This document shows, one piece after another, positions 1 through 12,790 of a stretch of 64,000 nt of DNA. Position numbers and translations under genes: made by a program. The stretch comes from Octopus bimaculoides (lineage: Eukaryota), in assembly GCF_001194135.2 (NCBI RefSeq), contig NC_068982.1, positions 71,504,491-71,568,490 on the forward strand. The letters are read 5' to 3'. Each line of letters opens with the position of its first letter. The stretch's first letter is position 1. The notes beneath the pieces are model-generated. The model saw only the letters and a program-made list of their open reading frames with translations, searched no databases and was not told the DNA's origin.

Positions 1-240
1 CACTCTTCGCTCCTCCTCCTTGTCCTCCTCCTTCGCCTTCTTCCGTTGAAATTTGCATAAAGTTATGGCGGCCTCGTGTGGTTAGTCCCCATGTCATGCA
101 CATCATCGCATCAATGTCTCCCTTATTCTTGCTGCTACTGTTGCTGTTGTTATTATTACTGTTGTCGTTGTTGCTATTACCGTGACATAGCCGAACAAAA
201 ATGCCTTGGATTATCAAAATTCACCGTTTCAAATGTAAGT
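1..240 (+). promoter_or_regulatory. Candidate non-coding first exon / promoter-proximal region of Axin, ending in donor AAT|GTAAGT (235-240)
   Basis: CpG-containing, pyrimidine-rich leader, octamer ATTTGCAT at 51-58, ATGGCGGC (YY1-like initiator-proximal motif) at 65-72, and a consensus GTAAGT donor. Linkage to the Axin exon 57 kb downstream is inference only. Confidence 0.45.
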
Positions 241-2841
241 TGCTAGAGAGAGAGAAAACACACAAAAAAAAAGCTCCCCCTCCACAAAAAACCCACAAAA
301 ATTCCTTAAAAACCAACATGAGAGAAAAATAAGGATCTATGGCGAATCTCTCTTCCCTTTAATGTATTTATATGTTATTAATTAGTTGTATTGAGATATA
401 TATATCTATCTATATATATATATGTGTGTGTTCTGTTTGAATATATGTTTTGTTTATTTTATTTTACTTTTATTTCTCCCTCTTTTCCTCTTTCTTTCAC
501 TCTCTTTTCCGTGTCTCAAAACACCTCGTTCTTATATAATGATGTTTTTTTTTTCTAAATATTCTTATATTTAAATTATGTTTTCGAAGTGACTCTATGT
601 ATAAAAAAATATTTAAAAAAAATTGAACAAGAAAAGAATTTTCGATGGGGAACAAACGTTTTGGTATCGAAGCAGAAAAGGGACAAACACAATCACCAGT
701 GGGTCGGTGGCTGTATCTATATAAATNNNNNNNNNNNNNNNNNNNNNNNNNNNNNNNNNNNNNNNNNNNNNNNNNNNNNNNNNNNNNNNNNNNNNNNNNN
801 NNNNNNNNNNNNNNNNNNNNNNNNNNNNNNNNNNNNNNNNNNNNNNNNNNNNNNNNNNNNNNNNNNNNNNNNNNNNNNNNNNNNNNNNNNNNNNNNNNNN
901 NNNNNNNNNNNNNNNNNNNNNNNNNNNNNNNNNNNNNNNNNNNNNNATATATATATATATTCATATAAGATTCTATCTATACAGATATGTATAAGATTCT
1001 ATCTATCTGTACTTTTTCAGGTTGCGCCTTTACAAAGGAATATGTGCATGTATACATGGCATACACGTGTAGTATATGAAGGTATGTGCAAGAACGTGTG
1101 TACAAAAACGTCGTTGCACACATGTTTATAAATCATACTGCAGTTACACATGTGTGTATGTGAAAACCTCAAACATATGCATATATATGTATACACATAC
1201 GCATATATGATAGGTTATGCACCGATTTCCCCTTCAATCTTCCTGTATGAAAAATATTATAAATATATATATATATATATATATTTACTTTATGTGTGTG
1301 TGCATGTATGTATATGAAATATAAAAATCATTTATTTCTGTATAGGAATTGGTAAGTCATGTTGATGCTTGGTTTCATTTAACCCCCGAACATTGTATCG
1401 GCAACAGATTTCCCCATTCTAAATTATTAAATTATCATTCGTTTTGACATTTCTAAATAGCTGAAGCATTTTTTTTTTTTCGTGTCTGAATTAATATTTC
1501 AATACCGACTTCTTTAGCGCACGCACTCATATGTATATATGTATATATACGTACACAAGGCGTACGTGTCTGTTTTTATATTTAAGCAGCTAGTAGGACT
1601 AACTTTAAAAAAAGCAAGTGACTAACAACTGTGAAGTTGGTCGATGGTGTTTGTATATGTAGTGTGTAGTTATTTAATGCCAATTCTAGGTGGGAGTTAG
1701 GTTTAGGAAGGGAGGAAACAAATCACCAGGGAAAGCCCGGGTCGAAATTTTAAGCGACGTTATGTTTCCATATAACCGAAAAGCAATCGTTTTCCTCTCT
1801 CTCTCTTTTCCCATACGTGCTTTTATATATATATATATGTATATATATATATACACACACACACACAACTACCTGTGTTAGTCCCTTTTGTCACTAAATA
1901 ATTTGTCATCAATTAATAGTTATTAAATATTATTATAATATTAGAGCAGAATCTAAATATAATATTGTAGCATTAAAACTCATGGTTCTTGTCGTTAGGA
2001 GTTCGTTAAAAGTTCTGATTGAGTTTATTTATTTACTTATTTTTACCCACTCCATCCTCCAAATGACTGGAAGATCTAATATTAAGGTTCTTCATATTTG
2101 TTTCTGCTTACTCTGTCTTTATTATTATTGAACTCTTATAAGATAGACCTACTAACAGGGCACTGGTTGTCTTGGCATTAATGGAATCCCTAGTCTCTGA
2201 TACCTCTCAATCTTTCTCTCTCTCTCTCCCCACTCTCTTTCCAACACCTTTATTCTATCGTAAATACACATGGACCATACATAAGTACATCTTCGCCTTA
2301 ACTAAACATTGTGTGTGTATATATATAGTATGATTCATCTGTTTCCACTCATGCAGCATGTATGTATGTATGATTTGATCCTTGAACCAAAAAGCGTCAG
2401 GAATTTCCAATTTACTTCTAACAGTGTTATTTTTTGCTATTTCTTTCATCTTGCACTGATTTCTTGTTTTTTTCTTCTTCTTTTTGACCTTACAGGATCA
2501 TTACGAACCGTTTGACAATGCGGACTCTCTTCTCTTCCCCCCCCTCTCACACACGTTTGTAATTATATATATATATATATATATATAACGTTGCAGATAC
2601 AAATTGTTTATTTTATCAGTTCCCAGAGAATGCTTGGAAATGTAGTTCCAGTTTCTTGAACCTCGACTAGAAGAAGATAATTTAGCCTTCCTTGCGGTGT
2701 TTGCTTGTGCGACAGCGCACCCCTCCCGCTGTTCCTTCTTATTTTCCTATGGGGTCCCTTAACACCGTTACCCTCTGGTTTTTCCCTTCCCCATCACTCT
2801 TTGCTTAATGAATGCATTTCTGAAGTCCAATGCACATGTTG

Positions 2842-2872
<31 letters not shown>

Positions 2873-4080
2873 TAAATAAATATATATGGTAGACTATCGG
2901 AAAACTGCTTCTAATGTGTATTCACTCTTGTCTATACTATATCATGGTACAGTTGATTTTCCTTATTTGTTAAACGTAGAGTTGTGTTAATTATTATTAT
3001 TATTAACAATTAATGTATGGCCTGGTCATTAGTGTCGTTTGGATTTATTTGCATGTCGTTATCTGAACTTATCCTTTTTCTTCTTCTTCTAGGCAACTAC
3101 TGACCGATGGCAAATAAATAATGCTAGATACACACACACACACATATATAAATATATAAGCTAGCCTTCTCCGAGCGTGTACGAAACAGTCGTTGAACAC
3201 ACTTCGGTCACAAAATGCGGGGCCAATTCCAAACGTTCCTCATTATACAGAGTGAGCCCTCAGTTTGTGACAGTTACTTGTTTGTTTGTTAATTTGGTTA
3301 TTTTTAATGAATGAAGGGGAGGATAAAAGATTTGGAAACAAAATTTAGATATAGTAATAATAATAACAGAGTGATTATTTTAAAGATTTTTAAATGCTTT
3401 ATACCTTTTTTTTTTTTTTTTATGCTGTTCCCTATTTGTATTTGGATACCCCCCTTCTTTTCTCTCTCTCTCCCTAGCTAATTTATTCAAGGTTGCTTGT
3501 TATTACACTTTTATTGACGCTCCCCTCACCACTCGTGGGGCTGTTGTTTTCGGTGTTACTTTGCCATCTGTCATTGTATTTAAAATAAATGGAGTCGATA
3601 ACTTACCCCTTGGGACGAGCTGCAAATTATCGATGCGTTTCGGTTCGGTCCCCTCCCTCACACATCCTATTAAGAAACACACACAACCACCACATTAATT
3701 TAAACGGTGACTTTACATCTAAATAAATAAATCTCTTTTGTGGGGAGAAGAATTCATACTTTAAAAAAAAAAAAAAATTTTTTTATGTATTTTAGTCCTT
3801 GTTTGTAATATCGAAAAATGATTCCAGAAGAAACAGCCCAGTGCTTGCAGTGCTGTGGTTACGTGACTAAAATTACTAGATAAAAGAAATCACCTTTTTT
3901 TTTTTTTTTTTTCTCTCTCTTTCCTAACAGTTGTCGAGACATCGTGACGTCCCAGTCACTGGTGTGATGGTGGCCGAATGATGCAGCCCCTTCTCTATAT
4001 CTCTCTGTCCTTTTTCTCTTTTACTCCTCCAGAGCTGGGGGAAAATAACCAAGAAAGCTTAGAATCCCACGTCAAGCACA

Positions 4081-4112
<32 letters not shown>

Positions 4113-4791
4113 NNNNNNNNNNTATATATATATATATATATATAGGAGTTAGGTAGCTAACTAAACAACAAGCAAGCAAGCAAACATCGCTTACTACCCA
4201 TCAAATTGGCTACTTAAACTCAGTGCAGTTGCTTGTTTGTTTTTTCCCTTCTTCTTCTTTTCCTTCTGTTTTTGTCTCTTGCGGTTGTTGTGGTTTTATT
4301 TTTTAACCCCAAAATATTTTCTGCCCTCCCCCACCTCATTTACGCCCTTTTTAAGTGATGATTATTTATTTCAGAAAAACGAAGATGGAAGATATATGCT
4401 TGCTTTCATTGAATGGTTCTAATTCATTAAATGTTTCTTCTAAGATATTTTTTTATTATTCTTATGATTACTTGTTTGCTGTCTTAATCATCTCCAGTAA
4501 TTTTCGATTTCTGCTTTTGTGGTTATTTAGTTAATGTTTTCCTTTTTTTTATTTTTTACTTTTATTTATTCCTTAGTGAGGCTATTTCGACTTAATTAAG
4601 TCATTTGGGCGGAGTAAATCCAATCCGGAGACGTTAGGATTTAAATTATAACAAACTCACGTCTCTCTCTAAACCATTAACTTTTCTGTCTCCATTAATA
4701 AATACCTATTTTTAATGATCATGACACAAACTTCTATATTTGTATGCATCAGTGTTTAACCTTTCAGTAGACGTAGGTGTGTGTGTATGTA

Positions 4792-4824
<33 letters not shown>

Positions 4825-6764
4825 TAGAGCGTCGTATACGTATTTAATTTTCTTAAAGATATATATATACCTATGTGTGCGTGTTTATATATATTATGAG
4901 GTATCTTTATCTATTTGGACTTCTTTTGTTGCTTTGATATTTAAATTGTTTCTTTTTAAGACTCTTTGCTTATCTGCCACCATCTCTCATTAATATCTTG
5001 TGTTGTTTCAGTTCTGTTCGTGGAGAGAGATTTTATCCCTGGACAGCAGACTTAAGATAATAAATGACCGGTTGTTGTTTAAATTAATTCCTCCTCTATC
5101 CCCCTTCCGACTGATAAGAATCATTCCTTCTCTTCCCCCACCACCACCACCACCACATTAAACACAAAAAATACTTGACTCACTGTAAGCCATTATTTCT
5201 CCCCATCATGGAAGCAACGAGACCCATTTTTGCCATAGACTGCAGGGGCCAGCTTTTATTTTTTTTTATGACCGCTTTTCTCCTCCAATTCTTTGTCAAT
5301 ACTTTGCTTCTTCCCTTTTCCTCGTTTCTCCCATCTTTCTCATCTTATTTCACCACGCTTCAGGTATTTTACCCCCCCCCCCCNNNNNNNNNNNNNNNNN
5401 NNNNNNNNNNNNNNNNNNNNNNNNNNNCCTCTCTCTCTTTCCTCCTTCAGTATACGTTTCGGCGCTTCTTCTCGGCTCAGAAGGCCTTACTGTCCCAACA
5501 CGTTTACTAAGGTGGTCAAACACGCTCACTCAGGCACTCGTACATACATGCTTACGCATCTGTCCTATATCGGTGTTAAGTCGAGTTCCTTCACCGATGC
5601 TTTCGTGCCTCGATTTTCTGCAAATCCCCACCCTCAGTATTCCTGTTGGTTGATAAACAACCGATCGAAAGCCGGCCAAATCAAAAACGAATATTTTCTC
5701 CCATTGTTGCATTATTTATTCTGTATTCAAGTGAAATATGCTTTTTTTCTGTTCTTTATATTATGTATACTTTTATCTCATCTCACCGTCTTTTTCCTTT
5801 ACCCCCCCCTCATTTATGTAAATCCCCGCACAAATTGTAAACTGTCTTTGTAATGTCCTCCTCATCTGATGCCCCCTAGGCAAATAAATCATTATTATTA
5901 AATACTATACACGCATCCATTCGCATTCACACAGGATATTCCAAATATTATTCGTAGCAACACCGATGCCACATTTTAAACTTACTTGATTGAAATACAA
6001 TCACTAGCTCATTAATAAATTACTGCTTTTATTATACTATTATTTTCAAACACTGAAAATTTTTATGTATCCTGATTTTATTTAATCCATTAAACCTTGC
6101 AAAATCCCTCCCCAAATAGTCTTAAACTAGCTGGTTACTCGCGCCCACTGTTATTATACTAACGCTTCCTTCATGATAAATAACTATTTTACCTCAAAGC
6201 CGTTAGTTTCGAGCAAAATGATCATTATTACTACTTATTTCATATAGCAGAAAGAATTACTCTTCTTGTAGCTGTATCGATATCATTTGGCCTCTTTGCA
6301 AACAATTCACATTCGTTTCCTTTTCCCATCTTGTATATATACCCTTTATTATTCACTTCTTTGTTGTTGTTTTTGTACCTGCATTGTTATTGAGATTCTT
6401 CCTTCTGTTGATATGGCAGCTTTTGGCAAGAGAAATTGTTACAAGCTTCATCCTTGATCTAAATGTCAAATTCATCAGCAGTACACTTCTTTTCATCGCT
6501 GCCTGTATCTAGTACCTATCTATCATTTACATCTTGTGAATTACTTTATTCCAGGACAGGTTGTAATCAACTCTTTCAATTTTTTACACCTACACCAATC
6601 ATTGCACTGTTTAAACATTTTGCATTGTATGTCTAATAAATCGTGTGTGTGTGTGTATGCATACTTTTATTTTTTAAAGTGTAACTTGGAGCAGATAAAA
6701 CTATAAATGTTTAAATTTCTGGGTTAAAAACCCCTATGGAGAGAAAAGGCTGAAGGCTACCCAT

Positions 6765-6813
<49 letters not shown>

Positions 6814-7139
6814 GAACGAAAATGAGTTTGAAGAAATCCAGGCAAATACTTGAGTCAGTGCTCCAATATCTGTGATAACACCTGAGTAATGGAATGGAAT
6901 GTCCAGCAAAGAGGATAGTAATCCATATAGGCTACATACACCAGGTGATCCATACAAACTATAAATCTGAGGTCATTGAGCGATTGATTGGTTGGTACAT
7001 TAATCACAGGATGTATATATATATATATAATCTGAATTCTTCGGTAAGAAATTAGAAAGTTAAATCTGATCTGTATCATTTGGATTTCACAAAAACCTTT
7101 ACTCTCTCACCAAATTAGGCTTAGCTATGTATATATGTA

Positions 7140-7173
<34 letters not shown>

Positions 7174-10100
7174 CATGTGTGTGTGTGTGTATGTAATATA
7201 TATATTTCCCTATGTCCTAAATTCTGCATTCCCCACTCACCGCTTTGATGCTAAAATAGCCAGAAGTTTTCCTGCAGTTCAGTTTGATAGTTGTGGATGT
7301 TACGCAATCAAAGTTTCACACCATTTGATCAATGAATTTACTCCGTAATAAACTGATGCAAAGTGGTGCATCACTACTGCCATGACAACCTGCAGTCCAC
7401 ACAACCATTTTTTTTTAAAGTTAGCTGTAATTGTTTATTATGAAATGTTTCAGTTGGTTTGATCCCCAATCTGTAGGTCTTTACTGACCAGAGTGTAGTT
7501 ATAGATATTGTCAAATACTGCACTGTCAAGTATCTTTATGCACCAATCGTGTTTTTGTTAATATGCATTGTATTGATCGTGATAGATTTACGGAACTGTA
7601 AACGTATTCGCTAGCCGATTTGAGTGATCACTTCAAACACAACCTCTGTGTGTATGTGTGTGTGAGTACATATGTGATGTGAGAAAGGGAGAGAAATAGC
7701 TGTTGCAGGTATAAGAATTGAAACAGCGTAACGGAAATTAAGGCTAAATAATTCAGCCTGTAAAGCAAATCTACTTTGTTCCATATTCTTTGTGGTTTCG
7801 GAATCCTTTATCATTCCTGTTCATCTTGTTTAAATAATTGCAGTTTCTTTCATAATCTTATTTTAAGGCTGTTTCTTCATATCCAGTGACTTAGTGTTTT
7901 TTACCATGCTCATACATTCTGTTGCATTTCAACTTGTAAACTTCCCTGCTAGTTTGCACTCTAAATACCTCTCTCAAGCTGTACCAAGTCACCCTTTCTA
8001 CTTTATTTCATTTAATGTCAAAGACATCACACAGCAAGATATCTTTGTCGCATGGCTTTAGGCACCTGTCTTTGCAATATTGTCTTTTTCTACCATGTTT
8101 GGATCTGTAATAAACATCATGTATGAACTAACAGAGAAGCCCACTACATGACCATTGCCATTCAACCCTGCTGTTTTGAAGAAAGAATATGTTGGACAAT
8201 CTAGTCTCTCTGACTTAGAAAAATTGTTAAGATGATCTTAACCGGAACACCTTTGATCCGAGATAGGTCTCTGCTTCATCAGACTATGGAAAATCTTGGT
8301 GATGTGAATCAATTACAAGGGTTTTGAATGTACACGGATGTCTGCACACACATGCTCATCACATCAAAATGAAATTTATTATGTTTCAGTTGTTACGTTA
8401 CGGACCCAAACCATTGGATCATAAAGTATGTTTATTTTTTTTCTGTCAATGTCTGTTCTACAGTTTTTGAATTTTTGTTCCTTCTATGTTCTAACCCGTA
8501 AAGCCAACTATGAATGAAAACTTGCCTATGCTGGAGATTTGTAAACAGCTTGCTTGCACAAGTGCTGCCAGTCAAAAACTCCGAACAGCAGTAGATTTCA
8601 GGGGACATAAAGAGTACACACCATTTTCAGGGCCTTCGTCTCGGTGGTTTTACAGTGTACCAGTTCCCCTCTTTGATGCGAGGCCCCGCTTACTAAATCG
8701 ATTGACTTTACTGAAAGATGTTAAGGCTGTTTTGATTTGAGCAGATAAGAATTTGGCCCAATATTTAGTGACTATATTTTCTTTCATGGTCTTCTTTCTT
8801 ATTTGTGATTTTTTAAAAAATCTATTTTGTTTGGGCAGTATTTGATTGATTAGTCATTATAACTAGTGCGTATTTAATGGTAACTGTATGTTCGTTTATC
8901 TGCTCATTAGGTGTCTATTTCCATTTAACCATGGTGGGTTAAGTGAAAATGTATTACTGAAGCAATGTTTTAGAGCAGGCTACCCTTGTTTTTCAAGTCG
9001 AAGTTTTCATTCCACTCATTTTCGAAAGTGCAGGTTTATCGGATGACTGCTTAACAAGGAATTATCAACAAACACTGTTTGTAACTCAGTTCAGCACAGA
9101 ATATAAACATTCGCACGCACAAGCCTATGGGTGTCATGAACTTTCTGTCTGACAAATCTCACTCACAAGATAAGTGGTCAGAGTTTACAACAGAGCACAG
9201 CCCTTACCCAGGGTACCACGCAGCAGTAGGAGCAAACCCAAAAACACATAGTTCCAAAGCAAACTTCGTAACCAGACACCCATGTCTGCGGCCTACCTTT
9301 TATCTTTATTTACTCGTTTCAGTTGTTGGACTTTGAAGCGTTTAATTGATCAAATTGACCCCCGGTGATTTTTTTTCCTCTCTCTCTCCAAGTCTTGTGT
9401 GTATTGTATTGGTTACTTTTACTGAACTACTAAGTTATAAGGACATAAACAAACAAGTAGAGGTTGTGGTAGGGGGACAAACAGATACATGCACACACAT
9501 AATGGGATTTCACACCACTTTCATGTATGAAATTCACTTGCTGGGCAATGGTTGACCTAGGAGCTACAGTAGAAGACACTTGCTGGAGGTGCAACGTAGT
9601 GGAACTGAGCCCGAAGCGACGTAGTTGCAAAGTTAGTCTCTTAACCACACAGCAATGCCTACACCTATGTAGCTATAAACATAAGCTGTTGAATATTGAA
9701 CTGAGTTACAATATGTACATACATGCATATACATGATTATAAATAATTTATGTATATTGTTAATATATATCATTGAAAATGCAGTGTTCCATGAAATTCA
9801 TGACTTGTGATGAAAAGCAAATTCTCTTGGGCCAATATGCGCGTGTTCATAAGTAAAACGTGTGCAGTGTAATGTAAAACAGATCCGTGTATACTCTTTG
9901 GTCTTGCTTCATAAACTTTATTTCTAGCAAATTAACGAGTAATTGAAATAGATCGATTTATTAATTAGTTTGCTTTAGAAATTAAGGTTTTGTTTGTAAC
10001 ATTGATGAGGTTGCAGAATATGGTTCTTCACTCACCAACACTTGTTTAAAAGACAAGCAGGTGAGTCGATCTTCTAAAAGCTTACTTACTCCACTCTTTG

Positions 10101-10199
10101 CGTTCTGTTAGGTTATGATTAAAATTTATGCAACATGTAGCATCCCCTAAATTATTCACCACCAGCCAGGAATGAGACTACCATTGGCTTGTTTTCTAC

Positions 10200-12250
10200 A
10201 GGTTATGTGATATATAGCTACTGGCTGCATTATATACAACTACTACCTTGATTGTTGTTTTCTGCCTGTAATAGACAGCTACCAGCTTGATTGTTGCGTG
10301 CTGTCTGTAACATATAGCCTCCAGCTAAACTGCTGTTTGCTGGCTGTATTATACAGCTACCAACTTGATTGTTGTTTGCTGGCCAGAATATACAGCTACC
10401 GGCTCGATTGCTGCTTTTGCCAGCTGTAATATACAGCTACTGGCTCGATTGCTGCTTTTGCCGGCTGTAATATACAGCTACCGGCTCGATTGCTGCTTTT
10501 GCCGGCTGTAATATACAGCTACCGGCTCGATTGCTGCTTTTGCCGGCTGTAATATACAGCTTCCGGCTCGATTGCTGCTTTTTCCGGCTGTAATATACAG
10601 CTACCGGCTCGATTGCTGCTTTTGCCGGCTGCAATATACAGCTGCCGGCTGTAATNNNNNNNNNNNNNNNNNNNNNNNNNNNNNNNNNNNNNNNNNNNNN
10701 NNNNNNNNNNNNNNNNNNNNNNNNNNNNNNNNNNNNNNNNNNNNNNNNNNNNNNNNNNNNNNNNNNNNNNNNNNNNNNNNNNNNNNNNNNNNNNNNNNNN
10801 NNNNNNNNNNNNNNNNNNNNNNNNNNNNNNNNNNNNNNNNNNNNNNNNNNNNNNNNNNNNNNNNNNNNNNNNNNNNNNNNNNNNNNNNNNNNNNNNNNNN
10901 NNNNNNNNNNNNNNNNNNNNNNNNNNNNNNNNNNNNNNNNNNNNNNNNNNNNNNNNNNNNNNNNNNNNNNNNNNNNNNNNNNNNNNNNNNNNNNNNNNNN
11001 NNNNNNNNNNNNNNNNNNNNNNNNNNNNNNNNNNNNNNNNNNNNNNNNNNNNNNNNNNNNNNNNNNNNNNNNNNNNNNNNNNNNNNNNNNNNNNNNNNNN
11101 NNNNNNNNNNNNNNNNNNNNNNNNNNNNNNNNNNNNNNNNNNNNNNNNNNNNNNNNNNNNNNNNNNNNNNNNNNNNNNNNNNNNNNNNNNNNNNNNNNNN
11201 NNNNNNNNNNNNNNNNNNNNNNNNNNNNNNNNNNNNNNNNNNNNNNNNNNNNNNNNNNNNNNNNNNNNNNNNNNNNNNNNNNNNNNNNNNNNNNNNNNNN
11301 NNNNNNNNNNNNNNNNNNNNNNNNNNNNNNNNNNNNNNNNNNNNNNNNNNNNNNNNNNNNNNNNNNNNNNNNNNNNNNNNNNNNNNNNNNNNNNNNNNNN
11401 NNNNNNNNNNNNNNNNNNNNNNNNNNNNNNNNNNNNNNNNNNNNNNNNNNNNNNNNNNNNNNNNNNNNGGTCGGTCGCTTCTGTTGGCCGTGCAGCAATT
11501 GCAGGCTCGGTCGGTCGCTTCTGTTGGCCGTGCAGCAATTGCAGGCTCGGTCGGTCGCTGTCTGTCGACCATGCAGCAACTACCAGCTCAGTCGGTCGCT
11601 GTCTGTCGACCGTGCAGCAACTGTCGGCTCGGTCGGCCGTGCAGCAACTGCCAGCTCGGTCGGTCGCTGTCTACCAGCTGTGAAGTAACTACTACTACAG
11701 TTGCTGTCTGTTGACCGTGGTAGTGTAGCATGTACAGGCTGTAAACTAGCTGTGATATAACCAGCTACTAGCTCAGTTGCTGTCTTCTACTGGTTGTATA
11801 ATATGCAAGTACAGACTTGATTGTTGGCTGTCAGTATTTTATGATTGGGTTTTTATCAGCTATATAATATGTGTATATTGATTTACTTACTGTCTGTATA
11901 ATATAAGACTATATCAGCTAGATCACTTTCTGTCAGCTATATAATATATTCCTACCAGCTTGTTTGCTCTCTGTTGGCCACATAATTATACAGCCATCAG
12001 CAGCGTAATATATTCCTACCAGCTTGTTTGCTGTCTGTTGGCCATATAATTATATGGCCGTCAGCAGCGTAATATATTCCTACCGGCTTGCTTGCTTTCT
12101 GTCAGCTGCAATGTACAGCTACCGGCTTGCTTGCTTTCTGCCAGCTGCGATATACAGCTACCGGCTTGCTTGCTTTCTGTCAGATGCGTAATATATTACA
12201 AGCGACTCGATTGTTTTATGCTGGCTTTTTAATATATAGCTTCTTGGCTT
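10200..12250. repeat. 40/41-bp minisatellite with homogeneous core spanning an 813-N gap and degenerate flanks
   Basis: Six near-identical 41-mers TACAGCTACCGGCTCGATTGCTGCTTTTGCCGGCTGTAATA at 10391-10636. 40-mers GGTCGGTCGCTTCTGTTGGCCGTGCAGCAATTGCAGGCTC from 11469. Diverged units extend out to ~10200 and ~12250. Confidence 0.92.
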
Positions 12251-12494
12251 TCTGCTGGTATACTTGTTGCTTTTTGATGTGGAATTCTTCAAATAAATGC
12301 CTTGTTATTATGGTACAGTTGAGTGATAAAGTCTCTGCCATATCTTATTGCACTTTATGACCTGAATACCAGACCAAATTTAAGGAATGCTCATCACAAA
12401 CAGCAGCAAACGTCCTTACGGAAGCTTTATGGCCTTTAACAGATGTCTATCCCTGTTGGAGCAGCTCTTACAGCTTTGTTATGCTTTTTGATTG

Positions 12495-12790
12495 TTTGAA
12501 GGTGCAGGGCTCGGTGGTTCGAGTGCCAGGCTCACAACCATGAGGTAGTGAGTTTGATTCCCAGACTAGGCTGTATGTTGTGTTCTTGAGCAACACTCTT
12601 TATTTCATGTTGCTCCAGTTTACTCAGCTGTCAAAATGATTTGCAACTTCACTGATGCCAAGCTGTATCGGTCTTTGTCTTTTCCTTGCATAACATCAGT
12701 GGTGTGGAGGGAGAGGCCGGTATGCATGGGCGACTGCCAGTCTTCCCATAAATAACCATACCCAGACTTGTACCTTGGAGGAGGTCTTTA
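12495..12790 (+). mobile_element. tRNA/CORE-like SINE, third 3'-end variant
   Basis: GGCTCGGTGGTT A box, GAGTTTGATTCCC B box, CORE-like block, then CTGATGCCAAGCTGTATC...GGTATGCATGGGCGACTG, shared with 62791-63027. Confidence 0.75.

Noticed and set aside
6757-7079. Non-repetitive ORF-like stretch
   Set aside because: No motif I can recognise in any frame; may be an old LINE fragment, left uncalled.
10391-11680. Regular ~41-bp repeats as a CRISPR array
   Set aside because: Units are contiguous with no unique spacers, no cas genes are present, and the context is eukaryotic. It is a minisatellite.
10437-11714. Long ORFs in the track (also 497-1131, 41136-42606, 44882-45427, 54253-55167, 55751-56149)
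   Set aside because: Length comes from N gaps translated as X; the flanks are repeat-derived.
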